From: a virus
Taxonomy: Duplodnaviria; Caudoviricetes
Length of the DNA stretch: 64,000 nucleotides
Virus record (IMG/VR): IMGVR_UViG_3300025372_000014
Coordinates: 27,234 to 91,233 of that record
Reading direction: 5' to 3' (one strand)
Below, one piece after another: positions 48,901 through 59,038 of this stretch. Positions within the stretch are counted from its first letter, which is position 1. The number at the start of each line of letters is the position of its first letter. Both the position numbers and the translations under genes were made by a program. The notes beneath the pieces are model-generated. The model was not told the origin of the DNA. It did no database searches and saw nothing but the letters and a program-made list of their open reading frames with translations.

Positions 48901-49933
48901 TTCACTAAGTAATAATGAAAGTACATCTGTAATATCTGACCCATTGGGAGGTTGGAACTGTCAGTTTGATGGAAATGGAGAATTAAAATACTATACTTAT
49001 ATATCAATTACTGGATACTCTTCTGGGTATTATGATTATAAATCTAATCCTGCAGAGCTTACTTGTCATCAGCCAAAATGTCCGAGTGGCGTTGTGCAAA
49101 GACCTATTTCTGGTTGCGCCCCTAATCCGCAACCCACGCCGTCACCGTCTCCATCGCCGTCTCCATCGCCGTCTCCATCGCCGTCTCCATCGCCGTCTCC
49201 ATCGCCGTCACCGTCTCCATCGCCCTCTTCATGGCCAATTCCTTCGCCATCATTTGGCACCCCTTCTTCAACTACTACTGCCCCAGTAAATTATAATAAA
49301 TGGCCTATTAAAATGACTCTATGTGGCATGGCTAGCAGCGAGACTACTCCAGCTTGCGTGGACACACTAAGGACTAGTTTTGGAAAAGTACGAATTTTTG
49401 CAACATTAACACTTGATGATAAAGGCAGTCTTTCAGATAATGGTATTTTACGTGTAGGTATAAAATGGCAGTTGAAAGATGCCGGTAGCTATGATTTTAC
49501 TCAAAATGGTGATAAAGCGGGTATAAGTCCCACATCAATTCTTGCTCACCCTGATAGTGTTATCCAACCAATTTTTAGTTTTTTTGGAAATACAAACAAT
49601 GAGGGAGATACATTACAGGTTATAGTAGATACAACTAGTTATCCAATAGTTGGGCCACCTGCCTGCTTTAATTGTGATTCACTAACTTATGTTAATCATT
49701 GGTATTATCAAGTTAAAGAGGGGGGTTGTCAGCAGCCATATTGCGCACAAACAAAATTACCATATAAAGTATACTATGCTGGAGATCCTAGCGTAGGTAT
49801 TTTATACGATTGCTATTCTTGTAGTTATAGCAATAACTGTCATCACAGTACATTTAATTATAATTATCCAGATAGTCCTCTTACAACTCTTCATCTGGGT
49901 AGTAATAATAATTCTTGTTCGCCTTCTAATTAG
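45992..49933 (+). CDS. large tail/adhesin protein with an (SP)n linker and Cys-containing C-terminal domain
   Basis: SG/TG-rich beta composition; SP repeat. Confidence 0.6.
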   Translation: MFISGTNYRSIYQQTGLSWQFSFSLPYTTGDFVFSFSGQSGNCPIFETKNGKIFDPYGSLVASYTANNLLSLSGNISPNKIDLYQNYSPLYLGLNRPSAGAISSIVLDIKNNSYIDFNSLTVYGDIPNQVLGTTVPSGYEPFLSFASGDVIRYPIVNTTSSNVIITSGQSQNNNFAISGIDPSTGILIPPYSTGYIYIANTSNSIIEYNQDIPISLSTSAGNQTININVSGLPIINNDYYVVIGPNNTQINNGGSNFYNILLKNPVGTNLSINMDYVSGVTGAYSIPVFSSGYFSGLASSGFISGSGYTSSVSTGLISGYNALLSAYEFGTGSGIVSQFKIADNQVITGTYRIPATGIGSVNTIGTVLGTGYNTGIFYTGYISYIGGNIVGSASGLGTGFINEQQVTGTINTGVSNIFVPYTGKITGNFSSGQYTNVNLSSGPLYITGNFSKPMHLVGYGMATGGVTSGIFGGDLGYVYDPGLYTFYADYTGLYSGKALPITGFDPVDLGNNSGDISGLLVIHNIQTVVTGDTCYVDFDKIEFSSTGFIDTFYAFGDDKQPFTGFNTFPLVPINYSGEFEFENSTGSAYTGFGYQLPRTQISRSTPTISGSGMFNNVFQPPNFDPLGNSGDQYSGYNSGDFIGWTETMGTAITRDMVYTGTTPGLNYVSGDFDLSDLFITNEDGYSVSNYAQMNLSITGKDSYPLNLTVDIPQERKMLYLNVYKTNYSSGYGYYNSFVRSVSGGYHYTTSGQDGCADILVQCGDRMFTDNYSYTSGDYILIVSGKTIPVTYKDSWVSLGNSSYLGRKGGVMGFDIIRTGYLNYPLSGIATANITSQNYPIQLDPSIPITWDIYMNPGESLQTYGFGIYPDAALQQDWGGTINIQFFNPACSCGNDPFVSPNIINTNSITSCNFLVQDMVEHEIANRHAIYRLTSGCACGFITPIKITDYFTQCGKLHISGYTSPSANCLISLSNNESTSVISDPLGGWNCQFDGNGELKYYTYISITGYSSGYYDYKSNPAELTCHQPKCPSGVVQRPISGCAPNPQPTPSPSPSPSPSPSPSPSPSPSPSPSPSPSPSSWPIPSPSFGTPSSTTTAPVNYNKWPIKMTLCGMASSETTPACVDTLRTSFGKVRIFATLTLDDKGSLSDNGILRVGIKWQLKDAGSYDFTQNGDKAGISPTSILAHPDSVIQPIFSFFGNTNNEGDTLQVIVDTTSYPIVGPPACFNCDSLTYVNHWYYQVKEGGCQQPYCAQTKLPYKVYYAGDPSVGILYDCYSCSYSNNCHHSTFNYNYPDSPLTTLHLGSNNNSCSPSN
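49139..49228 (+). repeat. 12-bp TCGCCGTCTCCA tandem repeat encoding (Ser-Pro)n
   Basis: read directly; GC-rich island in an AT-rich gene. Confidence 0.95.
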
Positions 49934-49946
49934 TTTTTTTAAAAAA

Positions 49947-49975
49947 TTGAATTTATAGTTAAATATAGCTATAAT
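49947..49975 (+). promoter_or_regulatory. sigma70-type promoter TTGAAT-N17-TATAAT for the GT gene
   Basis: near-consensus hexamers; ATG 4 nt downstream. Confidence 0.55.
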
Positions 49976-49979
49976 AAAA

Positions 49980-50912
49980 ATGAATATTTGGGCTGTATGT
50001 ACTTATTTTAATTTTACAAAATGCAAGTATAGGCTAAAAAACTATCAAATATTTAAAAAAAATATAAAAGATCATGATATAAAACTGTTATGTGTAGAAT
50101 TTTCTCCTAATGGGGATTTTGTTCTTGAGGATAATGATGCAGATGTTTTAATAAGATTGGGTGGTGGCGACATAATGTGGCAAAAAGAAAGAATGCTTAA
50201 TATTGGTATAGATATGCTACCGCAAAATACGGATATAGTCATCATTGCGGATACAGATATAATTTTTTCATCTAAGAATTTAGTGCCATTTCTACAGTAT
50301 GAAATGAGCCGCTATCATGCTGTACAGTGTTTTTCTACAGTGTCACATTTTAAGCCATTTGTGGATATAGATTTAATGAATGCAGATTTTTCTTCTATCA
50401 ATATAACAGATGATAATATTTTTATGTTAGATAGACAGCCGGGCTGTATGTTTGCATATGAAACTGTAGCAAATTTTCAACAGGGGGTAAGTGGGTACGC
50501 TTGGGCATTTAGGTATAAAACAATAAAAGATATCAAGCTTTTTGAGTATAATATTATAGGCGGAGGCGATAGAATCACTGCGTCTGCCTTTATGGGGCTG
50601 CCGGTTGCCTCTCCATTTGTTGCCGGTATAAATAGTAATATATATTTTAATTATTTAAAAAAAATAAAAGATTATGGGTTGACTAGAAATGATATTAGCT
50701 TTATAGATCAGGTATATATTTACGATCTTTTTCATGGGTTTCATAAAAATAGGGACTATGAAAATAGGCATAAAATATTAAAAAAACACAATTTTGATGC
50801 AGAAAAAGACCTAATAGGTATTCCTGAACAGCCATTTAGGTTTGCAGACCATGTGAATAACGATTTAAAATTAGAAATTATAAATTATTTTTATTCTAGA
50901 AATGGATTTTAG
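49980..50912 (+). CDS. GT-A fold glycosyltransferase
   Basis: MWQKERMLNIG, ADTD (DxD), GYAWA, IIGGGD, FHG. Confidence 0.7.
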   Translation: MNIWAVCTYFNFTKCKYRLKNYQIFKKNIKDHDIKLLCVEFSPNGDFVLEDNDADVLIRLGGGDIMWQKERMLNIGIDMLPQNTDIVIIADTDIIFSSKNLVPFLQYEMSRYHAVQCFSTVSHFKPFVDIDLMNADFSSINITDDNIFMLDRQPGCMFAYETVANFQQGVSGYAWAFRYKTIKDIKLFEYNIIGGGDRITASAFMGLPVASPFVAGINSNIYFNYLKKIKDYGLTRNDISFIDQVYIYDLFHGFHKNRDYENRHKILKKHNFDAEKDLIGIPEQPFRFADHVNNDLKLEIINYFYSRNGF

Positions 50913-50955
50913 ACTGTCAAAATCAGTGTAATATAGTATATTAAATGCGAATATA

Positions 50956-52074
50956 ATGCCTGATTGTACACAAGTAATAATAGTTGTAAATAGTTTAAGT
51001 AGTCCATACACCAGATTACCTAATCCTATTGGTGTTTTTACATATCCAGTACCGAATGCGCCTTTAAATATTACGTACAATGGAAATACTGGTATACCTA
51101 TTAATACGGGAACTTATTTGGTGTCCATTTCCGTTACTGGTTCACAATATTGTGCGTCTGTTTTTACTGGTAATTATTCTATAGTAGGTAAAATTAAAAC
51201 TGAAAATTTTGCTTTAGGATGGGGTAATGATATTGCGCATAATGTAGAAATTCCAAGATCATATAACTCATCTCCAACTGGCTTACCTGATGTGAAAAAA
51301 TTAGTTGGTGGGCGTGATTTTTCTGTTGCTCTAATGTCTGATAATTCAGTTATTACATGGGGCACAGGAAATCAGTATGGGCAGCAGTCTATTCCGTATG
51401 TTCCTAACTATATCAAAGATATATATGCATCTAATAATACTACTTTTATATTAGATTATTTAGGCAATGTAACTGGGTGCGGCTATCTATTTAATACGAA
51501 TGGTAGTGGTTATGCATATGATTATTATTTTAGTCAATATTCTAATGTGCCAGCAAGTATTCAATACCTAACAAATATATCTGAATTATCGGTATCAGAT
51601 TATTATGTACTAGGTATATCAAATGACGCAACGGCTAGCATCACGGGCTGGGGAGAAATTAGAAAATCACTTTTTGATTATAGAGCCACTTTTGGGTGTA
51701 CGGGTATTTCTGATATTTCTACTTCTAATGTGGGGTGTGTTCTATTATCTGGAGATAAAGTCCGCTCATTTGGATCGAATTTTTTTAAGCAGTTTTCTTG
51801 GTTAGATGCAGATAATAATAATATAAAAAAAATTAGTTGTTCAGATTATTCTACTGTTTTATTATATAATGATAAAACTGTAACTGGATTTGGAATGTTT
51901 GGGGACGAACGTAGCAACAGTTTAGTCCCATGGGAACTACCTGATCCATCCATTCAGGGGCATGTTTTGGATATATCAAATGCAAACAAACAGACGCTAT
52001 TTATTTTAGATACAGTAATTCCTCAGCCGCATAAAAAGATACCCGCATGTACTAGTGGTATTATTTACGCATAA
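50956..52074 (+). CDS. MBG-like domain plus RCC1/BLIP-II beta-propeller
   Basis: ITYNG...PINTGTYLVSI; GGRDFSVALMSDNSVITWG..QYGQ; GTGTAA at 50926. Confidence 0.7.
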   Translation: MPDCTQVIIVVNSLSSPYTRLPNPIGVFTYPVPNAPLNITYNGNTGIPINTGTYLVSISVTGSQYCASVFTGNYSIVGKIKTENFALGWGNDIAHNVEIPRSYNSSPTGLPDVKKLVGGRDFSVALMSDNSVITWGTGNQYGQQSIPYVPNYIKDIYASNNTTFILDYLGNVTGCGYLFNTNGSGYAYDYYFSQYSNVPASIQYLTNISELSVSDYYVLGISNDATASITGWGEIRKSLFDYRATFGCTGISDISTSNVGCVLLSGDKVRSFGSNFFKQFSWLDADNNNIKKISCSDYSTVLLYNDKTVTGFGMFGDERSNSLVPWELPDPSIQGHVLDISNANKQTLFILDTVIPQPHKKIPACTSGIIYA

Positions 52075-52079
52075 TAATT

Positions 52080-55000
52080 ATGACTTTACCCATTCCAGTT
52101 TTACCATCCTCATTTCCACTGAGCAGGAGAAGAATATCTGCTGGCTGGTATGATTCGGCAATAGTCAGAACAGATGGTACTGTTACTGGATGGGGAGGTG
52201 GAGTAATACCAAATATTACTGGGGCAGTTGATATTAGTTATGGTGAAAGTGCAGCATTAGTGTTATTAATAAATGGAACTGTTACTGGATTTAATGGTGA
52301 TTATAATAGAGCATTTACAGATAGTCTTTCTTCAATTGTACAGGTATCATCCGGACCTGGACAGTTTTTAGCTTTAAAAAATGATGGAACTGCAGTCGGC
52401 TGGGGATATAACTATCTTGGACAAGCTGATGTTCCAAATGGTTTAAATAATGTAGTACAAGTATGTGCTGGACAGGATTTCTCATTGGCACTAAAAAATG
52501 ATGGAACTGTAGTCGGCTGGGGGTATAACTATGATGGTGTATTAGATATACCAAATAATTTAACAGATGTAACAAAAATTGCTGCCAGCCCTGTAAGTAC
52601 ATTTTGGGTGGCTTTAAGGAGTAATGGTACAATAACGGGAATTGGAAACAATAGTTATGGACAAATAGATTTTCCTATAAATTTAGGCGGTATTACTAAT
52701 GTAGCAGCTGGCGACAGGTTTACCTTGGCATTAAAAAGTGATGGTACTATTACTGGATGGGGCAATAATGACTATGGGCAAGTAAGTGCCCAATTAGGAC
52801 TTCACAATGTTGTTGATATTGCCGCTGGGATTGACTGGGCATTCGCATTATTATCAAATGGTGAAATAACTGGATGGGGCAATGGACAAGGTAGTTTTGA
52901 TAAACTTGTACAAACACCACTAACACCATTTTCAAATAGTTTAACATTAGATAAACCAATTATAGCTGCACCATTTTATGTTAATAGTCCGGTATCGGAT
53001 CAGGGGTTTCCCGTTACCTTAAGTATCCAGAGCGGCCCTGCAACAATTAATCAAAATTTATTAACTTTGAATGGCACAACTGGTACTGTTGTTTTAAATG
53101 CTACGGCGCAGGGGAATGCTGACTACGCCGCACAAAATATAACAACTAGTTTTAATGTTATAAAAAATTATTCAGTAGGTGCCACTGTAAATAATTTGCT
53201 TTTATATAACTTTGGTAGTATTGTTAATAATAACCTGATTTCTTCCGGTTTACCCGCAAATTTTTCAGTTAATTTACGAAATTTAGATTATAATACTCAA
53301 AATCTAGTTATTAGCGGAATTTCTCAAGTTACGGGTTCATTTAATGGGTATATATTTACATCTGGCAGCAACCCAATGGGAGATAATGCTTTAAATGTTA
53401 ATTTAAATATATTACCATTATCAAATACGGGGTATCTTTATGCTTTTGGCGGCTATGCTAATTATAATGAGGATGTAGTTCCAAGAAATTTTTTAAAAAC
53501 AATTGTTAGTAAAATATCCGCAATTCAGGGCTATAATCTTGGTGTAGCTATACATGATGTCTATATTCCGCCAGACCCTGTGGTCGTGCCTCCCGTGCAA
53601 CCTGAAAAACCTTGTTACACTCGCCCTAATTTGTATAGTTTTAAATTAAAAAATAACTCTCAAGTAGATTGTATTGATAATTTTATTTTTAATTCTACAG
53701 TTCTGTCGGATTGTAGTGGGCGTATAGATAAAAACTTAGTTTTTTATTATACGGGTGGTTCTCCTGGTGCATATAGTACACAGGGTATAGTGTGTACTGG
53801 AACTGTGGCTAGCAATCTTGTACCTACAGGAGATGTATATTTTGCCGGGCCGGTTGATTTTTCTTCAAGATCAGGAGTGGGCACAAGATTAAACATTATA
53901 AAAAATAATCAAGTTTTAGCTGAGAGCGATTCTTGGTCTCGTGATTATTATTCTGCTTTTACTGGACATGGATTTACAGGGACACAAAATGACGCGGGTG
54001 TGGTTTTAAGTACTTATGGAAATCAGCAAAATTTATATAAATTAAAATATGGAGTGGTTTCAACTGGAGCGCCAAGTGGATATTTGGGCACTTATAGATC
54101 CAGTATCTCACTAACGAGTTTTGATAAACAAAATTTAATACCATACCAACAAATAGATGCTAACCCACAAACTCAAGCATGGGCGGTATATAATACATAT
54201 ACAGGATCGGGAATATTGAATAACAGTAGTAATGTATTTAGTTATGCAATAGAGTTAGTACAAAAAATTACTTATAACTATTCAATTTCGGCTACCGGTT
54301 TATTAAAAAGCGGTACGACGATTGCTATTAATACGCCGCCGCCATATGTTTTATATTATACTGGGAATTTATTAAAACAACTTGAATGCCCCATTTTTGG
54401 TCAATGTAAGCAAGACGATGGGCCAGAAGACATGCCCGTAGAGCTATGTTGGTCTGGTTCTGATATCACTGGCAAAGAATTTCAAAATTATATAAGTGGA
54501 GTTAAGAAAATGGCTTATGATTATAACCATGGTAATGGACATTTGGCTTATGATCCAAAAACTTATCAAAGTGGTTCGACGGCCAGTCTTGTGGTTTCGG
54601 CAAGTGGTGCACCAATTACTTCTGGAATGTTTAATTATATTACTGGTAATATAGTGTGTGAGCCATTTGCTACTGGAGACTCTTTAAATTTTAATCTTTA
54701 TAGTTTTGACTATACTGGATTATACCAAAAATATCATAATAGTTTTCCATTATATCCCACAACAGGATTTACTTTAACATGTCCACAAGATTTTACTACT
54801 GCACAAGATTTAACAAATGTATTAAATTCAAGATTAAACAATATTTCTTATCCTGTATGGTATCCATATGATTTTCTTCAAGGTATGCCTTTTGGTTTTT
54901 ATAAAACGGGATCATTAATGTCTTTCTCTTTGACTAACCCAACTGGAAAAATACCTATTATTTCATATATATCCAATAGAAATTATACTAGTGGTTTTAC

Positions 55001-57374
55001 CATAGAAATTAAAACTGGTAATAGAGAAAATATTAAAGTTACAGATGATACTTATACAACATATCAAAAAAGTAAAATTAGTGGTTATTCCCTATTGGTT
55101 CCAGATCAAATAGATCTTCAGGCATATGATCCAGATTTAGATGCTTGGATAGTTCTAGATAGGCAACTAAATCTTTATAACAAGATAACGGGAATGAGTG
55201 GCAAAGAGTTTCGGGTTACTGGGTATAATTACGATTTGCCGGATTTAAATACTGGAGTGCTGAGTGGTACTATAGATACAAGTAAGGCTATTACTGGGGT
55301 GCCTCTTAATACTGGAAGTACGGTAGAAGTATTTGCTACTGGAATACCTTGGTGGATAGATCAGGGGAAATTATGCCCGCCATTTCAGGGTACGCATGAG
55401 ATCAAGGTTACATGGCAAAGCGGTGCCGCTTCTGGCATTAATCCATGTCCATCAACTGGAGATATGCTAGGAGAATGTGATTATTGTTGTCAGTGGTTGG
55501 CGCAACAACGGGCCGTGCTTTTGCAGTCGGGTATTAGTGGTAGCGGTAGCGGAATTGTAGATTTACCGCTCCAACTAATTAGTGATATGGATGTTGGCAA
55601 TACACAATGCAATTGTTTAAAGCCTTATGTTATATTAGATGAGGGTACCTGTTGGAGATGCGTTGATGATGCTGAATGTCCAGATGGAATAAAGCCACCA
55701 CCAGTTGTTCGTGCTAATTACATTAGAACTGGGTGGACATTAGATCCTGATTCTCCATATTTAACTTGTCTTCTAAATAATACTAAAGATTTAACACAAA
55801 TAAATTTTCCTATGTATAGAGTGGTATTGGGCGGGTTAAAAGGCATGCCTGTTGTCAGTGATGCAAACACAAGTTTGTTGCAAACAAGTTCCTTTAATGT
55901 TAAGGCTATAAATTTATTTTCCGCACAAAATGTTTTTCAAAGTGGAAGGATTGTAACTGGAAACCTCACTGGAAATGCGGCATTACAGCAGATATATGGA
56001 AAGCCATATACGGCACAAATACAGGGTGTAGCTAGACTTCCATTTACAGGGGATTTTAATTATAGTATTACTAATACGGGACAAAAGGGGCAATATGTCG
56101 CAAGTAACGAAATTATGTTGCATGTACCAACTGGAGACGAAATAAATGTTAAATTTATGCATTCTTCTGGTAAATTAATTACTAATCTAACTGGTTTAGT
56201 TAATGGAACATTTAGTGGGAGTGGAATTGTATCAAAAACATTTGATAGCTATTATTTTTACGATACTCAAACTAATGAGATTAGTTTTGAAAAAACTGTT
56301 AGTGGTACCGGAATTGTATTAGCTTCTGGAGTAGTGTCTACCCAAGCTAGTGTTTTAACGCCAGCAACGGTAAATAAGGCTTTAGCGATAGGTGGATTTT
56401 TAACAAACGCATCATTTTATACGGAATTAACTACGGGCGGTCTTTACTCTGGAAATATGCCAAATGTACCATTCTTTTTTAATAATGTCACTGGACTATG
56501 CTATTTAACTGGATCGGTAACTGGAATGTCTAATAGTGGGTATTTAACATATAACTCATTAATAACCGGATCTCCAACTGGATTTGCTATTTTAGATTCT
56601 CCATATTATCCATTCGCTACTGGGTATATTAATTCTACTGCAAGCATTCTATTTAACTTTAATAATATTAATGCTAATGATGTATTATCTATTAATAATA
56701 AAACAATATTATTCAATGCTGATACCGTCAATTATCCTGCGCCTAATTTTTTCTCAGATATACCGACACTAATAAACAGTATTAATTCAAATCTACTACA
56801 ATTTAATTGTTCTGCATATTCTGGAAGCGGAAATAATGTGTATCTTACAAGTATTTTATCTGGTGACTTAGGTAACTCTATTACTATATTTTCCAATAGT
56901 AGCGGAATGGTTCCTAGTTCCCAATTTTTTACTGGAGGACAAACATTTTATCCGCCATTCAACATAAACAGTGGGAATGTCTTTTCTGGATTTTTAAATA
57001 AATCGTATGCTGTAACTGGATATTATACATCTAATAATTCTACTGGATACCTATATGGAAATATTCCTACATACCAAGGATTTAGAAATTTTACTGGTGT
57101 ATGGAATGTTGCTACAGGTACAAATAATAGCTTCTATAATTTAACTCCTGTTTTGGATGTTAATAATAATCTGATTGGATATTCTGGAGCAATTATATCA
57201 AATACACTTGGAGTTTCTGCTGCTTCTATCATACAGTTAAGGGTTGATTATAATAACTATTTAAATGTTAATACTAGTTTATATCCTTCTGATTTTATTA
57301 ATCTAAGAATTTCTGGACTGAATTTTGGCCCTAGTGGTAGTGGCATTCAACTTGGAATAAGTGGCTCGGTATAA
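52080..57374 (+). CDS. giant tail adhesin: RCC1/BLIP-II propeller, Ig-like domains, SG/TG-rich body
   Basis: about seven AG.DF.LALK.DGTV.GWG.N.YGQ repeats. Confidence 0.75.
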   Translation: MTLPIPVLPSSFPLSRRRISAGWYDSAIVRTDGTVTGWGGGVIPNITGAVDISYGESAALVLLINGTVTGFNGDYNRAFTDSLSSIVQVSSGPGQFLALKNDGTAVGWGYNYLGQADVPNGLNNVVQVCAGQDFSLALKNDGTVVGWGYNYDGVLDIPNNLTDVTKIAASPVSTFWVALRSNGTITGIGNNSYGQIDFPINLGGITNVAAGDRFTLALKSDGTITGWGNNDYGQVSAQLGLHNVVDIAAGIDWAFALLSNGEITGWGNGQGSFDKLVQTPLTPFSNSLTLDKPIIAAPFYVNSPVSDQGFPVTLSIQSGPATINQNLLTLNGTTGTVVLNATAQGNADYAAQNITTSFNVIKNYSVGATVNNLLLYNFGSIVNNNLISSGLPANFSVNLRNLDYNTQNLVISGISQVTGSFNGYIFTSGSNPMGDNALNVNLNILPLSNTGYLYAFGGYANYNEDVVPRNFLKTIVSKISAIQGYNLGVAIHDVYIPPDPVVVPPVQPEKPCYTRPNLYSFKLKNNSQVDCIDNFIFNSTVLSDCSGRIDKNLVFYYTGGSPGAYSTQGIVCTGTVASNLVPTGDVYFAGPVDFSSRSGVGTRLNIIKNNQVLAESDSWSRDYYSAFTGHGFTGTQNDAGVVLSTYGNQQNLYKLKYGVVSTGAPSGYLGTYRSSISLTSFDKQNLIPYQQIDANPQTQAWAVYNTYTGSGILNNSSNVFSYAIELVQKITYNYSISATGLLKSGTTIAINTPPPYVLYYTGNLLKQLECPIFGQCKQDDGPEDMPVELCWSGSDITGKEFQNYISGVKKMAYDYNHGNGHLAYDPKTYQSGSTASLVVSASGAPITSGMFNYITGNIVCEPFATGDSLNFNLYSFDYTGLYQKYHNSFPLYPTTGFTLTCPQDFTTAQDLTNVLNSRLNNISYPVWYPYDFLQGMPFGFYKTGSLMSFSLTNPTGKIPIISYISNRNYTSGFTIEIKTGNRENIKVTDDTYTTYQKSKISGYSLLVPDQIDLQAYDPDLDAWIVLDRQLNLYNKITGMSGKEFRVTGYNYDLPDLNTGVLSGTIDTSKAITGVPLNTGSTVEVFATGIPWWIDQGKLCPPFQGTHEIKVTWQSGAASGINPCPSTGDMLGECDYCCQWLAQQRAVLLQSGISGSGSGIVDLPLQLISDMDVGNTQCNCLKPYVILDEGTCWRCVDDAECPDGIKPPPVVRANYIRTGWTLDPDSPYLTCLLNNTKDLTQINFPMYRVVLGGLKGMPVVSDANTSLLQTSSFNVKAINLFSAQNVFQSGRIVTGNLTGNAALQQIYGKPYTAQIQGVARLPFTGDFNYSITNTGQKGQYVASNEIMLHVPTGDEINVKFMHSSGKLITNLTGLVNGTFSGSGIVSKTFDSYYFYDTQTNEISFEKTVSGTGIVLASGVVSTQASVLTPATVNKALAIGGFLTNASFYTELTTGGLYSGNMPNVPFFFNNVTGLCYLTGSVTGMSNSGYLTYNSLITGSPTGFAILDSPYYPFATGYINSTASILFNFNNINANDVLSINNKTILFNADTVNYPAPNFFSDIPTLINSINSNLLQFNCSAYSGSGNNVYLTSILSGDLGNSITIFSNSSGMVPSSQFFTGGQTFYPPFNINSGNVFSGFLNKSYAVTGYYTSNNSTGYLYGNIPTYQGFRNFTGVWNVATGTNNSFYNLTPVLDVNNNLIGYSGAIISNTLGVSAASIIQLRVDYNNYLNVNTSLYPSDFINLRISGLNFGPSGSGIQLGISGSV

Positions 57375-57385
57375 TTATAATATAT

Positions 57386-57970
57386 ATGGCATATTATAGA
57401 CCAACATACGTATCTTATACAGATATCTCTCCATTCAAGGTAGTCGCTTGGACTGGACAAGGATCTGGGTATATGATCCAGAATGGCACGTGTATGTCTA
57501 CTTTTAGCTATGATACTGGAACCTTTATTCCTTTGAAAGGATTAAACTCTCAACTGCAATTTGATAAAGATCAGAAAATTTATATAGAATTTGCTATTTC
57601 TCCAAACTTGCAAGTAAGCGGTGCATCTATAAAATGTACAACTGTTAATACTAAAGATAATTGGAATGGATATCCTAATATGATAGAAATCTCACCATCA
57701 GATATAACAAATCAAGATGGTACAATTAAAACAGTTGTGGATGGTAAAAGGCAGGTTAAATGTTATGCGCTAATTGCTTATAGACAAGATGATACGAGTA
57801 AAAATGGCCCTAACTCTCCCGCGCCAAAATCTATTTCTAACTCTCCAGTTCAAATTTTAAATAATGACATTATTATGATGGCGAGTATTATGAGCGGAGT
57901 TCCAGTAGTTTTTCCTTGCCCATTTTATGGCGCAAATTCACATATGAGAGCAATACAGAAGGATCTTTAG
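57386..57970 (+). CDS. hypothetical virion protein
   Basis: ORF at the end of the tail operon. Confidence 0.55.
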   Translation: MAYYRPTYVSYTDISPFKVVAWTGQGSGYMIQNGTCMSTFSYDTGTFIPLKGLNSQLQFDKDQKIYIEFAISPNLQVSGASIKCTTVNTKDNWNGYPNMIEISPSDITNQDGTIKTVVDGKRQVKCYALIAYRQDDTSKNGPNSPAPKSISNSPVQILNNDIIMMASIMSGVPVVFPCPFYGANSHMRAIQKDL

Positions 57971-57972
57971 CG

Positions 57973-58833
57973 ATGTCTTTTAATATAAATTTCTTTGGGC
58001 ATATTCCATATAATCCGGAAATATTTCCAGAGCAAAAAAAAGCATATGGACAATTTACTCAGCGCCCTGTGGGTCTCACGTTATCGCAGATGTGCGAACT
58101 ATATTGGACTGTAAGAAGTTTTAATGTTTCAATAGGTGCCCAATCAATAAATACTATATCTCAACTAGACCAGTTTTTAATGGGTGGAGGAGCAAGTGCC
58201 ACAATTGCGGGATCATTAGCCGGTTTAGCTTCTGTTAACCAGTCAATGAATCAGGGGGCGACGGGAAGGGTAAATGGAAATACTAAAATATTAGAAGTTA
58301 CTACTGAAAAAAATAGAAAACAACCAAGTGCGGTAATTGATGGAAAATTACAGACAGATTTTACGCTAAGCAAGGAACTTCCAAATGTTTTTAAATCAAG
58401 AAATCCAGAGGTATCTGAAGGTGCCATTTGTGCTGCCGGGCCTATACATACTATATCTGATCCAAGTGGAGGGTCAGTTACAATAGATTTTTCAGATATT
58501 TTTTTCAATAAAAGATTATATTGGCCTAGGATTTTAATAAGTATAAATAGTCAATCTGCATCACTTAGTTCAGATGGATCTTCCATGGCTGCAAATGTGA
58601 ATGTGCTAGGGGGCATAACTTTTGCTAATTATGGAATAATTAGTCTTGTGGGCGCAAGCTCTATAGTGCCTGCTCCAATTGTTCAGGTTGAGGGTAAGAT
58701 ATCTATAGGAACAAGGTGTTCAGATAGATTCTATTGGGATGGATCAGATAGAAAAGAAGTTTGTGGAGAAAAAGAATATAAAACTACTGTTAGTAGTTTA
58801 ACTATTAATCAGGGTAGTTCGTCGGCTGTATAG
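57973..58833 (+). CDS. hypothetical virion protein
   Basis: start moved to ATG 57973, 2 nt after the upstream stop. Confidence 0.55.
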   Translation: MSFNINFFGHIPYNPEIFPEQKKAYGQFTQRPVGLTLSQMCELYWTVRSFNVSIGAQSINTISQLDQFLMGGGASATIAGSLAGLASVNQSMNQGATGRVNGNTKILEVTTEKNRKQPSAVIDGKLQTDFTLSKELPNVFKSRNPEVSEGAICAAGPIHTISDPSGGSVTIDFSDIFFNKRLYWPRILISINSQSASLSSDGSSMAANVNVLGGITFANYGIISLVGASSIVPAPIVQVEGKISIGTRCSDRFYWDGSDRKEVCGEKEYKTTVSSLTINQGSSSAV

Positions 58834-59038
58834 CAGATATAAAATCCATACAATCTTTGCAGTCTACCGAGAAAGATACTGGAAATATATTTTTCTTATG
58901 ACATAAGAAACCTGATACAGCAGAGCTAGAGCAGCAAGATGGCTTATTTATAATATTTTCTGAACGGAACTTGCAGGATTCAAGTTTTAATATGGCTTCG
59001 TCTAGATTTTCATTATGATTTTCAAAATGAATGTCCAT
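58805..59038 (-). CDS. small Cys-rich protein
   Basis: C..CC..C..CxxC; TAATG coupling. Confidence 0.55.
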   Translation of the reverse strand: MDIHFENHNENLDEAILKLESCKFRSENIINKPSCCSSSAVSGFLCHKKNIFPVSFSVDCKDCMDFISAIQPTNYPD

